This document shows, piece by piece, positions 12,680 through 24,762 of a DNA stretch of 50,382 nucleotides. The notes beneath the pieces are model-generated. The model had not been told where the DNA came from. It worked only from the letters and a program-made list of their open reading frames with translations, and ran no database searches. Both the position numbers and the translations under genes were made by a program. Numbering within the stretch: position 1 is the stretch's first letter; every line of letters begins with the position of its first letter. The stretch is from Octopus bimaculoides. Lineage: Eukaryota. The stretch is from contig NC_068981.1 of NCBI RefSeq assembly GCF_001194135.2, positions 135,002,413-135,052,794 on the forward strand. Direction: 5' to 3'.

Positions 12680-12891
12680 TGAGGGGGTGCCGAAAAGTTC
12701 CTGGCTTTAAGGGTATCACAAAAGGCCTGGTTGGAGGTCCAACCTTCTGAGTTCTCTTAAGGGCTTAGAAAAACTGAAGGACCACTGCAATAAGTGAGTG
12801 AATCTGAGAGGGGAATATGTTGAATAAAATAATTAACTGATCCTCCTGTATTTTCTTTTACCTAAAGCCAGGAACTTTTCAGCACCCCTCC
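12680..12891. mobile_element. Mariner-type MITE, copy 1
   Basis: TIRs gagggggtgccgaaaagttcctggcttt / aaagccaggaacttttcagcacccctc; TA on both flanks. Confidence 0.88.
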
Positions 12892-12895
12892 TATA

Positions 12896-14176
12896 TTCTT
12901 TTATTCATTTACTTGTTTCAGTCATTTGACTGTGGCCATGTTGTGGCACTGCCTTGAAGGGTTTTAGTTAAAAAAAATCAACTCCATGACTTTTTTAAGC
13001 CTGGTACTTAATCTAACGGTTTCTGTTTGCCAAACAGCTAAGTTACGGGCACGCAAACACATCAACACTGGTTGACAAGCAGACATAAAGATGCACACAC
13101 ATATATACACACATATATATATATATATATATCATCATCATCATTATCGTTTAATGTTTGCTTCCCATGCCAGCATGGGTTGGACGGTTTGAATAAGGGG
13201 TTGGCAACACAGAAGGCTGTACCAGGACCAGGCTCCAGTTTGATCTGGCAAGGTTTCTACAGCTGGATGCCCTTCCTAACATCAACCACTCTGAGAGTAT
13301 AGTGGGTGCTTTTTTACATGCCTCCGGCATGAGGGCCAGTCAGGCAGTACTGGCATTGGCTGTGCTTGAATGGTGCTTTCTACGTGCCACTGGCATAGGA
13401 GCCAGTCAGGTGGCACTGGCAATGGTCACACTCGAATGGTGCTTTTTACATGTCACCAGCATGGGATCAGTCAGGCAGCACTGGCATTGACTACACTCGA
13501 ATGGTGCTTTTTACGTACCACCAGCACGGGTGCCAATCAGGCAGTACTGTCATCAACCACGACAACGACTTCACTTGTCTCAACAAGTCTTTGCAAGCGC
13601 AATTTATTTCCCAATGATTGAAGGGTACTCTTAAATGGACTGGTTATGCTGCACTGGCATAGGCCATGGTTACGGTCTCACTTGGTTTGCCGGGTCTTCT
13701 CAAGCACAGCATATCTCCAAAGGTCTCAGTCACTTGTCATTGCCTCGGTGAGGCCCAATGTTTGAAGGTCATGCTTCAACACCTCATCCCAGGTCTACCT
13801 CTTCCACAGGTTCCCTATTCTACTAGGGTGTGACACTTTTTGACACAGCTGTCCTCATCCATATGCAATACATGACCATACCAGCGCAGTCATCTCTCTT
13901 GCACACCACATCTGATGTTTCTTATGTCCAACGTCTCTCTTGGGGTGCTTACACTCTGTTGTGTAAGCACACTGACATTACACAACCAGCAGAACATACT
14001 AGCATATATATATATATATATACACACACAAGGGGCTTCTTTCAGTTTCCATCTAACAAATCCACTCACAAGGCTTTGGTTGGCCTGAGTCTATAGTAGA
14101 AGATACTTACTCAAGGTGCCACATGGTGGGACTGAACCTGGGCCCATGAGGTTGGGAAGCAAGCTTCTTACCACAT
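12896..14176 (-). mobile_element. Composite SINE (A head, tail B) split by the nested RTE copy
   Basis: Tail B 12896-13100, microsatellite, RTE 13134-13996, microsatellite, head A 14031-14176. Confidence 0.8.
13134..13996 (-). mobile_element. 5'-truncated RTE LINE: ORF2 C-terminus, 3'UTR and (GAT)n tail, nested in a SINE
   Basis: Minus translation near 13690-13990 gives LRWYGHVLHMDEDSCVKKCHTLV..GRGRP; (ATC)n tail on plus at about 13131-13146; internal ~65-bp tandem units. Confidence 0.88.
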
Positions 14177-14730
14177 ATGTATGTATGTATGTATGTATGT
14201 ATATATGTATGTATGTATGTATGTATTTAGTGCTGGTTGTCAGACGAAAGAGTACTTGATATGACAGTAGTGATAAATAATATTTTATTTTTGTTTGTGT
14301 CTAAGTCTCTTGCTACTCTGAGTCTTGTCTGAGTTCTACAAGGTCTTTAGGTGAAACTGAGTGTAGTAAGACACTGACTTAACCAAAATAAAAATAGGTG
14401 TGTGTATGTGTGTGTGTGCGTGCGGTGATTGTGTAAGTGCCTATTTAGAACGTTTGCTTAAACCGGTTAAAAACTTATAATCATGTGACATTAATTAGAT
14501 GCTGCTGATGAAATATATTTCTAAATTTAACAAACAGAAATAATGTACAAGCCTATGAAGCAGCCTCTAATCTGGCCTTCTTAGTCTCTTCTATTATAAT
14601 TCCATGTGCTTCATTCTGACTTACCAGAAACAGCCAGGTAAGTGAATGAAATTCAAAGCATGTCCCCATTCTACTCTTCAGTCGCTTGCTCTGACTGACT
14701 ATCTCCTATACTTTGAATACCTCTCCTTCC

Positions 14731-15128
14731 TTAACCCCCTTCTTTTTTTTTTTTTTACCATATTTCTGTTAAAATACACTGCCTTCCTTTCAATTTAAAA
14801 AATAATTAAAAATTTAGTAAAATAACACTCCCATTTTTAAGCTGGTGTTTGGCTCATGTATTAACATGAAATTTTGAAGGAAGGTTTTAATTTAGATCAC
14901 TTAAATCCCATTGTCACCATATATCTGTTGAAATGTATTGCCTTTGGTTCAATTAATTTCAAAAATAATGAAGAATTTAGCAAAATAACTGTCATTATTA
15001 AGCTGGTGTGTCTGGAACATAAATTTACATAAACTTTTGATAGAAGGTTTTAATTTATATTACATTAAAACGGAGTTTATATCATAAGACCAAGAGTGGT
15101 CTTAGGCAGGTTGGTATCAAAGAGTTAA
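14731..15128. mobile_element. piggyBac-like MITE, family G, with internal duplication
   Basis: TTAAcccc ... ggtatcaaaagagTTAA; the block accatatttctgttaaaata...aaggttttaattta occurs twice. Confidence 0.72.
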
Positions 15129-16053
15129 GGATCACCAGTAAAGCTTTTGCAGAGCTAGGGAACACCTGGAAATCTAGTCTCCCTTATCACTCATCAGCAG
15201 GCTATTGCTCCCAAGAAATTTGATGAAAGTATAATTTTTATTGTTGGTATCAGCAAATTTTTACATGAGCAGGCAGTTTTGATAAGAGATTCATGTGTTA
15301 GGTATGAATCACTTATTAAAACTGTCTGCTTATGGCTTCCATCCACATTTTGAGTCTTGGATCAGAGGCCTCCTTGTCAGAGCACATAATCATGACAGCA
15401 GGTGTTTATGAAGCTCTCTCTTTTTCTCATTCACATCCTTCTGCCATACATCAATGACCTACTTACCGTCACCTGTTACAATACCCACTTCCCACAATTT
15501 TGAATATACATTCATACATTCTCATGCAAATATAACACACAGTGTGTTGTTTTTCCATGAGGATGTATGTGTGTGTGTGTTTTCAGGGTGCGATGAGAAA
15601 AACAACCAGATTCACCATTCTTTATTGTGTAAAGTATGAGGTTTTCCTATTATAACTGTCTATCATCATTATCATCAACAGCAACAATGAGGACAAAGAC
15701 AACAACAATATTTAGTGTCCATTTTCAATGCCAACAAGGTTTAACCTTGCTGGCATTGGTTAAACCAGGATGTAACAAGCTGCAGGACTACATTGAGCTC
15801 CAATGTCTGCTTTGGCATGGTTTGCTATGGCTGGTTGCCTTTCCTCATGTCAACCACTTTACAACATATACAGGGTGCTTTTTCGTAATCCCTGTCTGTA
15901 CCTATTTTCTTGCAACCACTGACTTAACAACAGTTAAAGTGAAACATTGCTGGCATCCATCTTACCAGTGCTGAAAGGTCTGTAAATGCCATGGCTCTAG
16001 CCTCTTCCTCCAGTCAAACAAACCCTTAAATAGATGCGGAATATATTTATATA

Positions 16054-16263
16054 TGAGGTGCTGAAAAGTTCTTGGCTTTGGGTAAAAGAAAATACAGGAG
16101 GATCAGTTAATTATGATTTTATTCAACATATTCCCCTCTCAGATTCACACACTAATTGCAGTGGTTCTTCAGTTTTTCTAAACTCTGTAAAAGAACTTGG
16201 AAGGTTGGACCTCCAACCAGACATTTTGCAATACCCTTAAAACCAGGAACTTTTCAGCACCCA
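16054..16263. mobile_element. Mariner-type MITE, copy 2, inverted relative to copy 1
   Basis: Same TIRs; internal sequence is the reverse complement of 12680-12891. Confidence 0.85.
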
Positions 16264-17256
16264 CCCCCACCGTGTGTTAACCCTCGGGATCTCTAGATGC
16301 TCTGAATTAAATCGTGCCGAGATTAACTTTGCTTTTTATTCCAATGGAGTCAATAAAAAAATTCATGATCTAAGATGCTTTATAATAATATTAAATCGTT
16401 CTTAGTACTACTAGCTTTTCATTTTATTGACAATGTACAGGTGAAAAGGCAACGTTGACCTTTGCATGATTTGGGCTCATGGATTTTGTCCATCGCTCTT
16501 ACGATGCTGCTAACTGTTCAATCAACTTAAAATAAAAGCTAAATATCTTTTAAAATTATCCCCCAAACGTTTTAAAAAGTGGAAGTATATCTTAGAGAAT
16601 GTAGCCCTAAATAGTTTAGCTGCAAACAAGACGAGATGGCCACGGTTGGTATGCTTATGATGATAGGTCTGCTCAATCAGGGTTGACCTGAATTGAACAA
16701 GTATTCAACTAACAATCAGAAGTGCAACAAGTTATTTATATATTTATTTGCTTTATTTATTTATAGTACTGAAATGTTTACAAGAAAGCAATTATTAAGG
16801 CCTTCCATTAGATAATTTTTTTTTTTTTCTTTTATGACAATTCTCACGCATAAGATTAAACTTGTTACCAAGGTCAACAGCATTTCGTGAGAGACTGTCA
16901 AGGACTCACATTTTCCGTTAGTCTAAAAGAATTAATGAGCCTGAAAGATAATTTTACGGGCATTTTGGGGGAGAGGCATGTAGCTTAATATATCATAGAT
17001 GTTACTTTTCTAAATCATTAATTTTTTTTTAATGAATACAGTTGCAGAATATTACACACATATACAATCTTTTTCCACAGGTCGAAATATAAACTCCACA
17101 GGTAGTTTTGTGATTTGCAATTGATCCCATAAAATGGGCACTAATTAATGCCTAGAAGTATCACAATTAAAATCATAAAAGATTATATAAAATATTTAGT
17201 GCCACCGAATGATGCGGGAAATCGATTTCGATATGATTATCTTTTTTCCTTTTTAG

Positions 17257-17485
17257 GGAACTGAATTAACAATTGCTGGAAAACCATTAAGAAAAAACGG
17301 TTTCCGTTTGAAGGCTTCTACTCATTTTAAATGCCCCTAAGGAAGATACACATTACGCAATGTCATTGTCTCCATGGACCTAAATCAGAAATCAATATGT
17401 ATAAAAAAGAAGAAAATAATTCAGTCGTAAAGGATTAGCACTACATAAATTTAACAAATGATGAAGAAAAAGATCACAATCATAG
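17257..17485 (+). other. Candidate non-coding (UTR or lncRNA) exon
   Basis: Strong acceptor cttttttcctttttag and donor CATAG|gtaagt; no through-going frame found. Confidence 0.3.
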
Positions 17486-18204
17486 GTAAGTTTAAATTAT
17501 AAAACTTAAACCTGTCAGCTTCTGCTTAAAGTTTAATGTAGTGTTCATATTTCCGAAAATTCAACAGCTGTTAATTTAGTTTAAGAACTGTTTTTCAAAT
17601 AGTAGATAATTTAACATAAAATCAATGTTGTATTAGGTTCTTCCCTGGAGAAAACCGCTTTTTTTTAAACACAATTATAAAATATTTGTAAGGTAATATA
17701 AATTCTAAGTTAAGGGACGAACTCAAAGTTAAGCAAAATAAAATATCTTCAAAGTTTCGGCGGAGTTCAGGAGTTCGTAAAAATATCTCCTACTCATTCT
17801 AAGGTTTCTAAATAAAATTTTAGGTTCACCAAATAATTTCTATGATTTAAATATTTATTTTCCTTTCATCCTTCAGCAGATTTTACGAGTAACAGCCGTG
17901 TTGGCATTTGCATTCTTATACAAAGTACCACTAACTCTTTGTGAAACGTTTGCACATTGATAAATAAATAAATGAAAACACCAAAAGTAAATGTCCTAAA
18001 ACAATTAAGTGAAAATATATAAACGAAGTTAACTAGTTTTAATAAATTTCATTCATACCTTGTTTTAATTCAATCTTCTAAAATAAAAAATAAATTGCAA
18101 CAAATGAATTAAATGAAAGTTTGTTTACGACACCGTCTCAAAGTAAGAACGACTACTGCGTGTCTGCGAAATGACAATAATAATAATCGTTATTATTATT
18201 TCTA

Positions 18205-18660
18205 ATTAAAGTACAAGGCCAGTAAATTTAAAGGAAGAGGTTAGTTGATGCCATCGGTCTCAGTACTTGACTGATACTTTATTTTATCGACCCTAGAAAG
18301 ATAAAAGGCAAAGTTGATCTCGGTGAGATCTCTTTACGTTCTGAGTTCAAATCCCACCGATGTCAACTTTGCCTTTCGTCCTGTGCTGTCTTAAAGCATG
18401 GGTACACTGGACGGTTGACCGGAGGCATCATAGGTCCAGGGGCCCAATTCTGATCTATGCATGCTGTCAATAAATAAATAATATAGGGCCTACTGTATTG
18501 ATTTGCCCGGGGGCATATAAATAATGCTGCTAAGATAGCTGTGCTTTCGTCTTTTCGAGATCGATAAAATAAGGTTACCAAATAAGTTCTAGAGTAGATG
18601 TAATCGACTGATACCCTCATCTCAAAATTTCTGCCCTTATACGTAAATCAGAAAGCATTA
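18205..18660. mobile_element. Family C SINE with an inversion junction (minus 18205-18325, plus 18330-18660), split by the hAT MITE
   Basis: aaaggcaaagttgatctcggtg and caccgatgtcaactttgccttt are inverted homologous segments. Confidence 0.7.
18381..18543. mobile_element. hAT-like MITE nested in a SINE; a related fragment lies at about 8767-8830
   Basis: Exact 8-bp TSD ctttcgtc (18373-18380 and 18544-18551); eroded TIRs gctgtcttaaagcat / atgctgctaagatagc. Confidence 0.75.
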
Positions 18661-18779
18661 TTTTACTCTTGATTAGTAAATAAAAGTAATAATGGTTTCT
18701 GATGTTACTACTAATAATATTATTGCAACTCTGCAAAATTTTTTTTACAAAAGATTACGAACATAATGTATATAATTTT

Positions 18780-19260
18780 TAGGTAATATTAATAAGTATG
18801 CAAGACCCGGTTCCGCATGGTCGACATCTGTTAAGGAAAGGAATTTGTATATGACCTCGATTGAGAGATCATTAGCGGCTTTTCCGATATACATGCGCTG
18901 CTGTAAGTGAACCACGTCACCGCCGTTGGAGGTTTGGCAGTCGTGAAACACATCGCCAGCGTCACTATCGTAAAGTAGTAGAGGCAGACAACGCGAAAAA
19001 CAGTTCTACTACTTCCACTACTACTATTTTAGACACTTAGAGACACAGAACAGGAACTATATTGGTTTGGGCATGGCCATTTGACGATCGCAAATCACGA
19101 CTGCTACGACGATAACAGCATTTGTTCTGAAACAGAAATCACACGCACACACATAAACAGACATATACATATATACATCTCTGTAATCTTTATAAACAAG
19201 TAACACTGTCCTTAAGGGACCGTCTTTATCATCGTTGTCTCTCACTAGAAATCAACCTTT
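18780..19260. promoter_or_regulatory. Putative promoter/5'UTR-like CpG-dense unique segment
   Basis: Visibly high CpG density in non-repetitive sequence, no long ORF, flanked by repeat-poor AT-rich DNA; transcription direction not determinable. Confidence 0.4.
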
Positions 19261-21591
19261 CTCTCTCACACACATACATACAAAGCAGACATTTGGATAT
19301 TTACCACGGCATGCTTTACCATAATCCGGTTACTACTTTATCTACCATTCTTCTATCCTAGCCTTCATGGGGACCAAGACGCAGATTGTCAAGTTCTGCT
19401 TCCTTCTAATATTATGCCTGACGTAAGTTATCAGTTATTATTTAGTCTAACTTTAGTCATGTCTATCTAACTTTAAATCCCGAACACAACTGTATTTTGA
19501 ATCATTTTACAAATCTGTTTTGATGTATGAAAACTAACTCCTCTACAAACTCTTTACGTGAGCAGTTTGTTCTCTGACAGAGTAAATGAATCTTTTTCTT
19601 TTAATCTATTAACGCTATCATCATTATTTAAAAACTAATAACCTTAAAGAGAAAAAGAAAACTAATAATATATACACATCTACATTAAATTGCTATCATG
19701 TAAGCTAATTAGTATCGTTAATAGATTTATAACTCTATCCAAATGGAAAATAAATATAAAAACAATATTTTCATTGTCCCTCGTCGTTGCTATCTGTTGG
19801 ACATTTAAATTGTTTCAGAAATTTAAACCTATGCTTATGACTCTTTCCTAAAGTTGTTTATTTTAATTTGTCTTATTAAAAAAATATTTATGCATTAATA
19901 TTGCTGTTTCTTTATGTCTAATATATACACACATACACATTACACTTGCTTATCAAATATTTAGGTACATCATTTTCACTACAACAATGATCATTCCATT
20001 TTATTCGTTTCATATCTTGTTACGATTATGGCGATTTTTCATAATCATGTACTGTGTTTATTCTAAAATATTGTAGTCATCTAAGTAAAGAAAATGACAA
20101 TATTACTATTAATCTGTTATACACTTTCGACCTAATAAAACCTACTGTTAGATTACACTTGACTGATATGCTGAGGTTTCCATACTATCTTATTATATTC
20201 TATGTGGCCTTAATTTACCATGTTTTTATGTTTCTATTCCATATTTTTCTACTTGGGGCCAATTTTATTTCAGCAATACATTAGACCATGTTAGAAGATA
20301 CTTATTTTGTAACAGATACGTGTGTAACTTTAATTAATATTTACAGAATTCACAAAACATGATTGTTCTTACGTAGAGTAAGACTCACCTCACTACTGAC
20401 TTAGCCAACTAACTACAACTTGATNNNNNNNNNNNNNNNNNNNNNNNNNATTCCTATTGTTCAGCTCTTCTCTCTCTCTCTCTCTCTCTAAATTATCTTT
20501 CATTAATTTAAATACCGATGTTTGTGAAAATAAATGCACAGCTTCGTCTAGAAATGGTTAGTATTGGTGGGGAAAGAGAGAGAGATACTATAGATCCTTT
20601 TGTTTCTAGAATGGCTATTTACAACATCGGAATCTTCAGCATTGAACACATTTTACTCAATGCTCACTCACACATCTCATGCTTACTTTTTTCCAGATCA
20701 TTGTATTCGTTTTTCCTTGTGAGATATCTCTTTTTGATTTTAATCTTTCTTAATGCATCAACTGTTCCATCCATTGAATTGTAGAAACACAACGAAAATT
20801 CTATGAAGGATATTTAATCCACCGTATATACACAATCATCATTTTTTTTTAATGAATGCGCCATAAAATGCGTATTCTTTAATTCAAACTTAATTTTACA
20901 AAGTAAACAATTCATTTGAATTGTACATAGTAATATATTGGTTTTGCTGATTTAACAATCGTGGTGGATGGTCATCTTGGTAAATTTCTGTTAGCTGGTT
21001 TCCTTCCTCTCGGCATTTTTATTGAACATGTCATTTCCTAAACGTCTGTCTATACATGATTTTTTTTTCTTTTCCATTGGTGAATGAATTGGTAATATGA
21101 TTTTATTTCCAAGTTACAATATACTATTTTGACATTTGCCTGTATGACAGACACATACAGATCTTTCGTGTCGGCCACCACTTATCACCTATCATTTGGA
21201 TCAGCTACATCATTTACCGATTATTTTATGGTTGATAACAATTTTATAAAACTGCTATAATGTTGCTTTATTTTTTTCTATATCTTACTGGTTTTGTGAT
21301 TATTACAATACATATCCCACTACACGTTGCTTATCAAATGGATGGTATACTTTTTACGAAGAGTTATAGAAACTACACATGTAAGTTTGTTAATAAGTAG
21401 CTCTATTGGTTAACTATACTTTCCCTTCCAATTAGGCAGTTTACAATTATAATATAGATTAATAGCCTCACTTAAGATGATTAGTTAGCTGCGGCATGAT
21501 TATTTGTATTAAACAGAATTTACACCGCATTTGATGAAACTTATTTTGTACACATACATGTATTATATACACCATGCACTGAAAATGGTAG

Positions 21592-21931
21592 AGATGGACT
21601 ATATGTAATCTGAACCTTTCCCCCCCTTATTTATTAATTTTTTTTTTACGGAATCCCACGTTTTAGGCTATAGAGATTCCGATTCTGAAAAAAAAATTTT
21701 TGAAAAATTTCAATCCCGCCCCACCAAGCAGGCTATTTTACATGCTAGAAATAACAGCCAAATCTCACAAAACTAGTGTTAGGGTTAGGGTTTGGTTTAC
21801 CCTGTGGATCTAAATTGAGATTTTTGAAAAAATTTTTTCAGAATCGGAATCTCTATAGCCTAAAACGTGGGATTCCGTAAAAAAAATAATAAAACAAGGG
21901 GGGAAAGGTTCAGATTACATATAGTCCATCT
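21592..21931. mobile_element. Unclassified foldback/MITE-like element with about 120-bp inverted arms
   Basis: 21592-21714 and 21814-21931 are near-perfect reverse complements (agatggactatatgtaatctgaacc...); spacer about 100 bp; no TSD recognised. Confidence 0.8.
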
Positions 21932-22424
21932 GGACCAATGGCTAAGAATTTGTTGTTTAGAGACTCGATTTTCGGTGTTTTTCAAAGTCAATATCTAGAC
22001 TGACGAGTGACGATAGTTTAACCACGTGCCTATGGGTTACTGCTCAAGAAGTCATTAACTATCTTGTCATAGTAGCAGAATGATTTCTGCTTTTCGCTGT
22101 CATATCGGTCCTTATATCGGGTGTTTATATCGTTTGCCTCAGTGTCTGAGCTAGTTTCTTAGAGATATATTTTATTCTATGAGTACATATGATTGTAAAA
22201 ATACGCCTAACATATTTATATGGGAGGGTTTATGCTTGTGTACATAGACACTTTTTTTAATACGTATATGTAAGAAAATATTTTCGGTAAACTCTTTTAT
22301 ATATTGCTTCATAGTGGTAGACTTTTATCTACTGTCTACCCTAAGCGTTCACTTATGTGACCTTTTACATACAGAGTAGTAGTTTATCGGTTCGGATGGA
22401 TGGATGGATGGATGCATGTGTATG

Positions 22425-22459
<35 letters not shown>

Positions 22460-24058
22460 TTTGCTTGGGTGCACTTGTGTCTGTGTGTGTTTGTGTTTGT
22501 TGTAAGTTGGTATACTTATACATATGTGTTTTGAGTTTGTAAGATATATTCTTATTGGTAAATACCTGAGAATGTTCGTATTTTGCTTACCCAATCTAAT
22601 TTTTTCTTGTTTTGTTTAACATGTTTTCATAGCAATTTGGCTTGAAATGTTTATGAATCAGTTAACAAGTTTCTTATAGAAGAATTTCTTGTTCGTTGCA
22701 GGACCTGTTATTTGACATAGACGTTAAAGTACACGAAGGCGTCCTCGATTTGTTAGAAATAGCTGCCAAGTTTCCCCTTAACTCATGTTCTTTCATGATT
22801 AATAAGGAAAGGACTTCAGCATATTTTAATTCTTACGTTTCCCTTAAAAAGATAGTGATCACAACTGGAATGCATTTTAATCTTAGGTTTGACTGTTGAA
22901 TGATAGGGTTGAATTGGGTTTAGTTAAACAATTTGTGTTATTTTTAATTATCAAAACTGAGGTCACACGAAGTTCAACGTTGAACGTCAATCGCTCTATC
23001 TCACCAGCTGTTTTCACAAATTAGAAATCTCAAAACCGCTTCGTTGCCACCTTTATTTCTAAACCCAGGTTTAACTTGATGTTGTCTATACTTGTCTTTT
23101 TTTTTTTGCCAATAGGAGTTCCTCCGGCATCGTGACGACTCAGCTAGAACTAACCTAATTGTTCATCATTGTCATCATCAAGCACTCGACATAGCTGTCT
23201 CCAGTCCTAGGATTCATAAGGCTAGTTACCCGATTTCCATGGCGTAAAAATAATTAGGATCACAACCTCCCCACTGAACGGAACTCCAGTCCGTCGCATG
23301 TTAACAGTCGAGTCGACTGAAACAGTGAAATTAAATGGTTTGCTCAAGAACACAACGCACTATCTGGACTGATCCGAGAAACGAAACCACTGTTGCGCGA
23401 TCGTGAGTGCAACACCATAACCCCTGGGCCAGTTTTTCAGAGATGACTAATTATTACAATTGCAGAATAATTGAGTTCTCGTATAGCCATATTGTTGCAA
23501 TGGCGGAATTTCCGCCGTTGCCATTAGTTTAGTGATTTGGGCTTGCTGCCATCCTCTGTGTTTGCGATGTTGAGATCTTGGATCACCAATTCTGTAGAGT
23601 TTATGTGTGTATATTATATAGATCTGAAAGCTTTCATTAGACATCTATTCCACTGGTCTAAGACGCATTCCAACTTCAGCAGCGCATATTCAGATTAGTT
23701 TCAGTGCATTTAAGCACGTAAGCTTAACTTCTCATATAGGATGCCATCTAATCCCCCTTTCCAATGTGTTTGGGACCTGATAACTAAGAAATGCTTCCTC
23801 CCCACTCCCTTAACCTGTGGTGGCAAAAATCCTAGTGGTGAACTAGAACAGGTTCTCGAACTGGAATACGCACATCCGTAGGGGTAACCTCAGATAAATT
23901 ACGAGGGTACGCGAGATTTGTAAAAGCACTAGAATTTTGAAGTAACTGCGATCAACTTCTTTTCAGAGCTGCACTCTCAGATTTACTGAATTGTATTTAT
24001 AAAAAAAAGATAATCATCCAATATGATGTTTGCAACTCTTGGTTTCCAAATAAAATTA

Positions 24059-24204
24059 CTGTATTTACTCGTGTATAAGTCGTACACCAAATTTAGTTTT
24101 AAATATTAGCACAAAATTTTCTCCATATTCAAACTTGGCCCGTATATAAGTCACACCTCGGGGGGTTTTTTTCAGTCAACTTATACAGAAGTAAATTACT
24201 ACGG
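24059..24204. mobile_element. pogo/Tigger-like MITE
   Basis: TA|ctgtatttactcgtgtataagtcg ... caacttatacagaagtaaattactacgg|TA. Confidence 0.75.
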
Positions 24205-24762
24205 TAATTACAAATAATTACATTGTTTTATGACACCCGTTATCCATTTTGTTTGTATCCAATCACAAGGGATGCGTCAACAATGCTTGGACGTGTGAGA
24301 TGGTTGCGCTGAAATAGTGTTGAAAGTCCCTGCAGTTGAATGTTCTACATTGGATTAAGTTTTGCCTGCATTCTAATCAACTTTATTGACAAATATAGTG
24401 TACCAGATGTGTAAAAGTGATTCGATTGTTCCCCAACCCCGTTCATCATCAAATTTTTGGCATTATGTTAACACATGAAATCAATTATTACTAATAAGAC
24501 TGACATACTATTCATCACATGTATAAAGACAAAATACTAATTGACGTTTCAAATATTTAAAGGATTTTATCTAATAGCATATTGAGCGAAATTAAATTTA
24601 TAAAGCTAAATTTTTATAGGTTAAAAATGAATGATACTTCGTCATCATCGTGTTAATGTTCACTTTTCCGTGCTTGCATGGATCAAACTGAATTCATTGA
24701 GGGAGATTTTTTTATAATATATAATTTGTAACGTTAATATAACCCAACTGACTAGGACAGCA

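Noticed and set aside
13300-13560. Regularly spaced repeats as a CRISPR-like array
   Set aside because: Whole units are homologous with no unique spacers, they lie in a LINE 3'UTR, and the context is eukaryotic with no cas genes.
14620-14705. Minus-strand MGTCFEFHSLTWLFL|gtaagt as a first coding exon
   Set aside because: Purine-rich weak acceptor and no in-phase downstream exon found; the strong minus acceptor near 10590 has stops in all frames.
21776-21795. TTAGGG repeats as an interstitial telomere
   Set aside because: Only about 2.5 units, inside a foldback spacer.
23850-23920. Possible hAT MITE remnant (ggttctcgaactgg..gggtacgcgag)
   Set aside because: No second TIR or TSD found.
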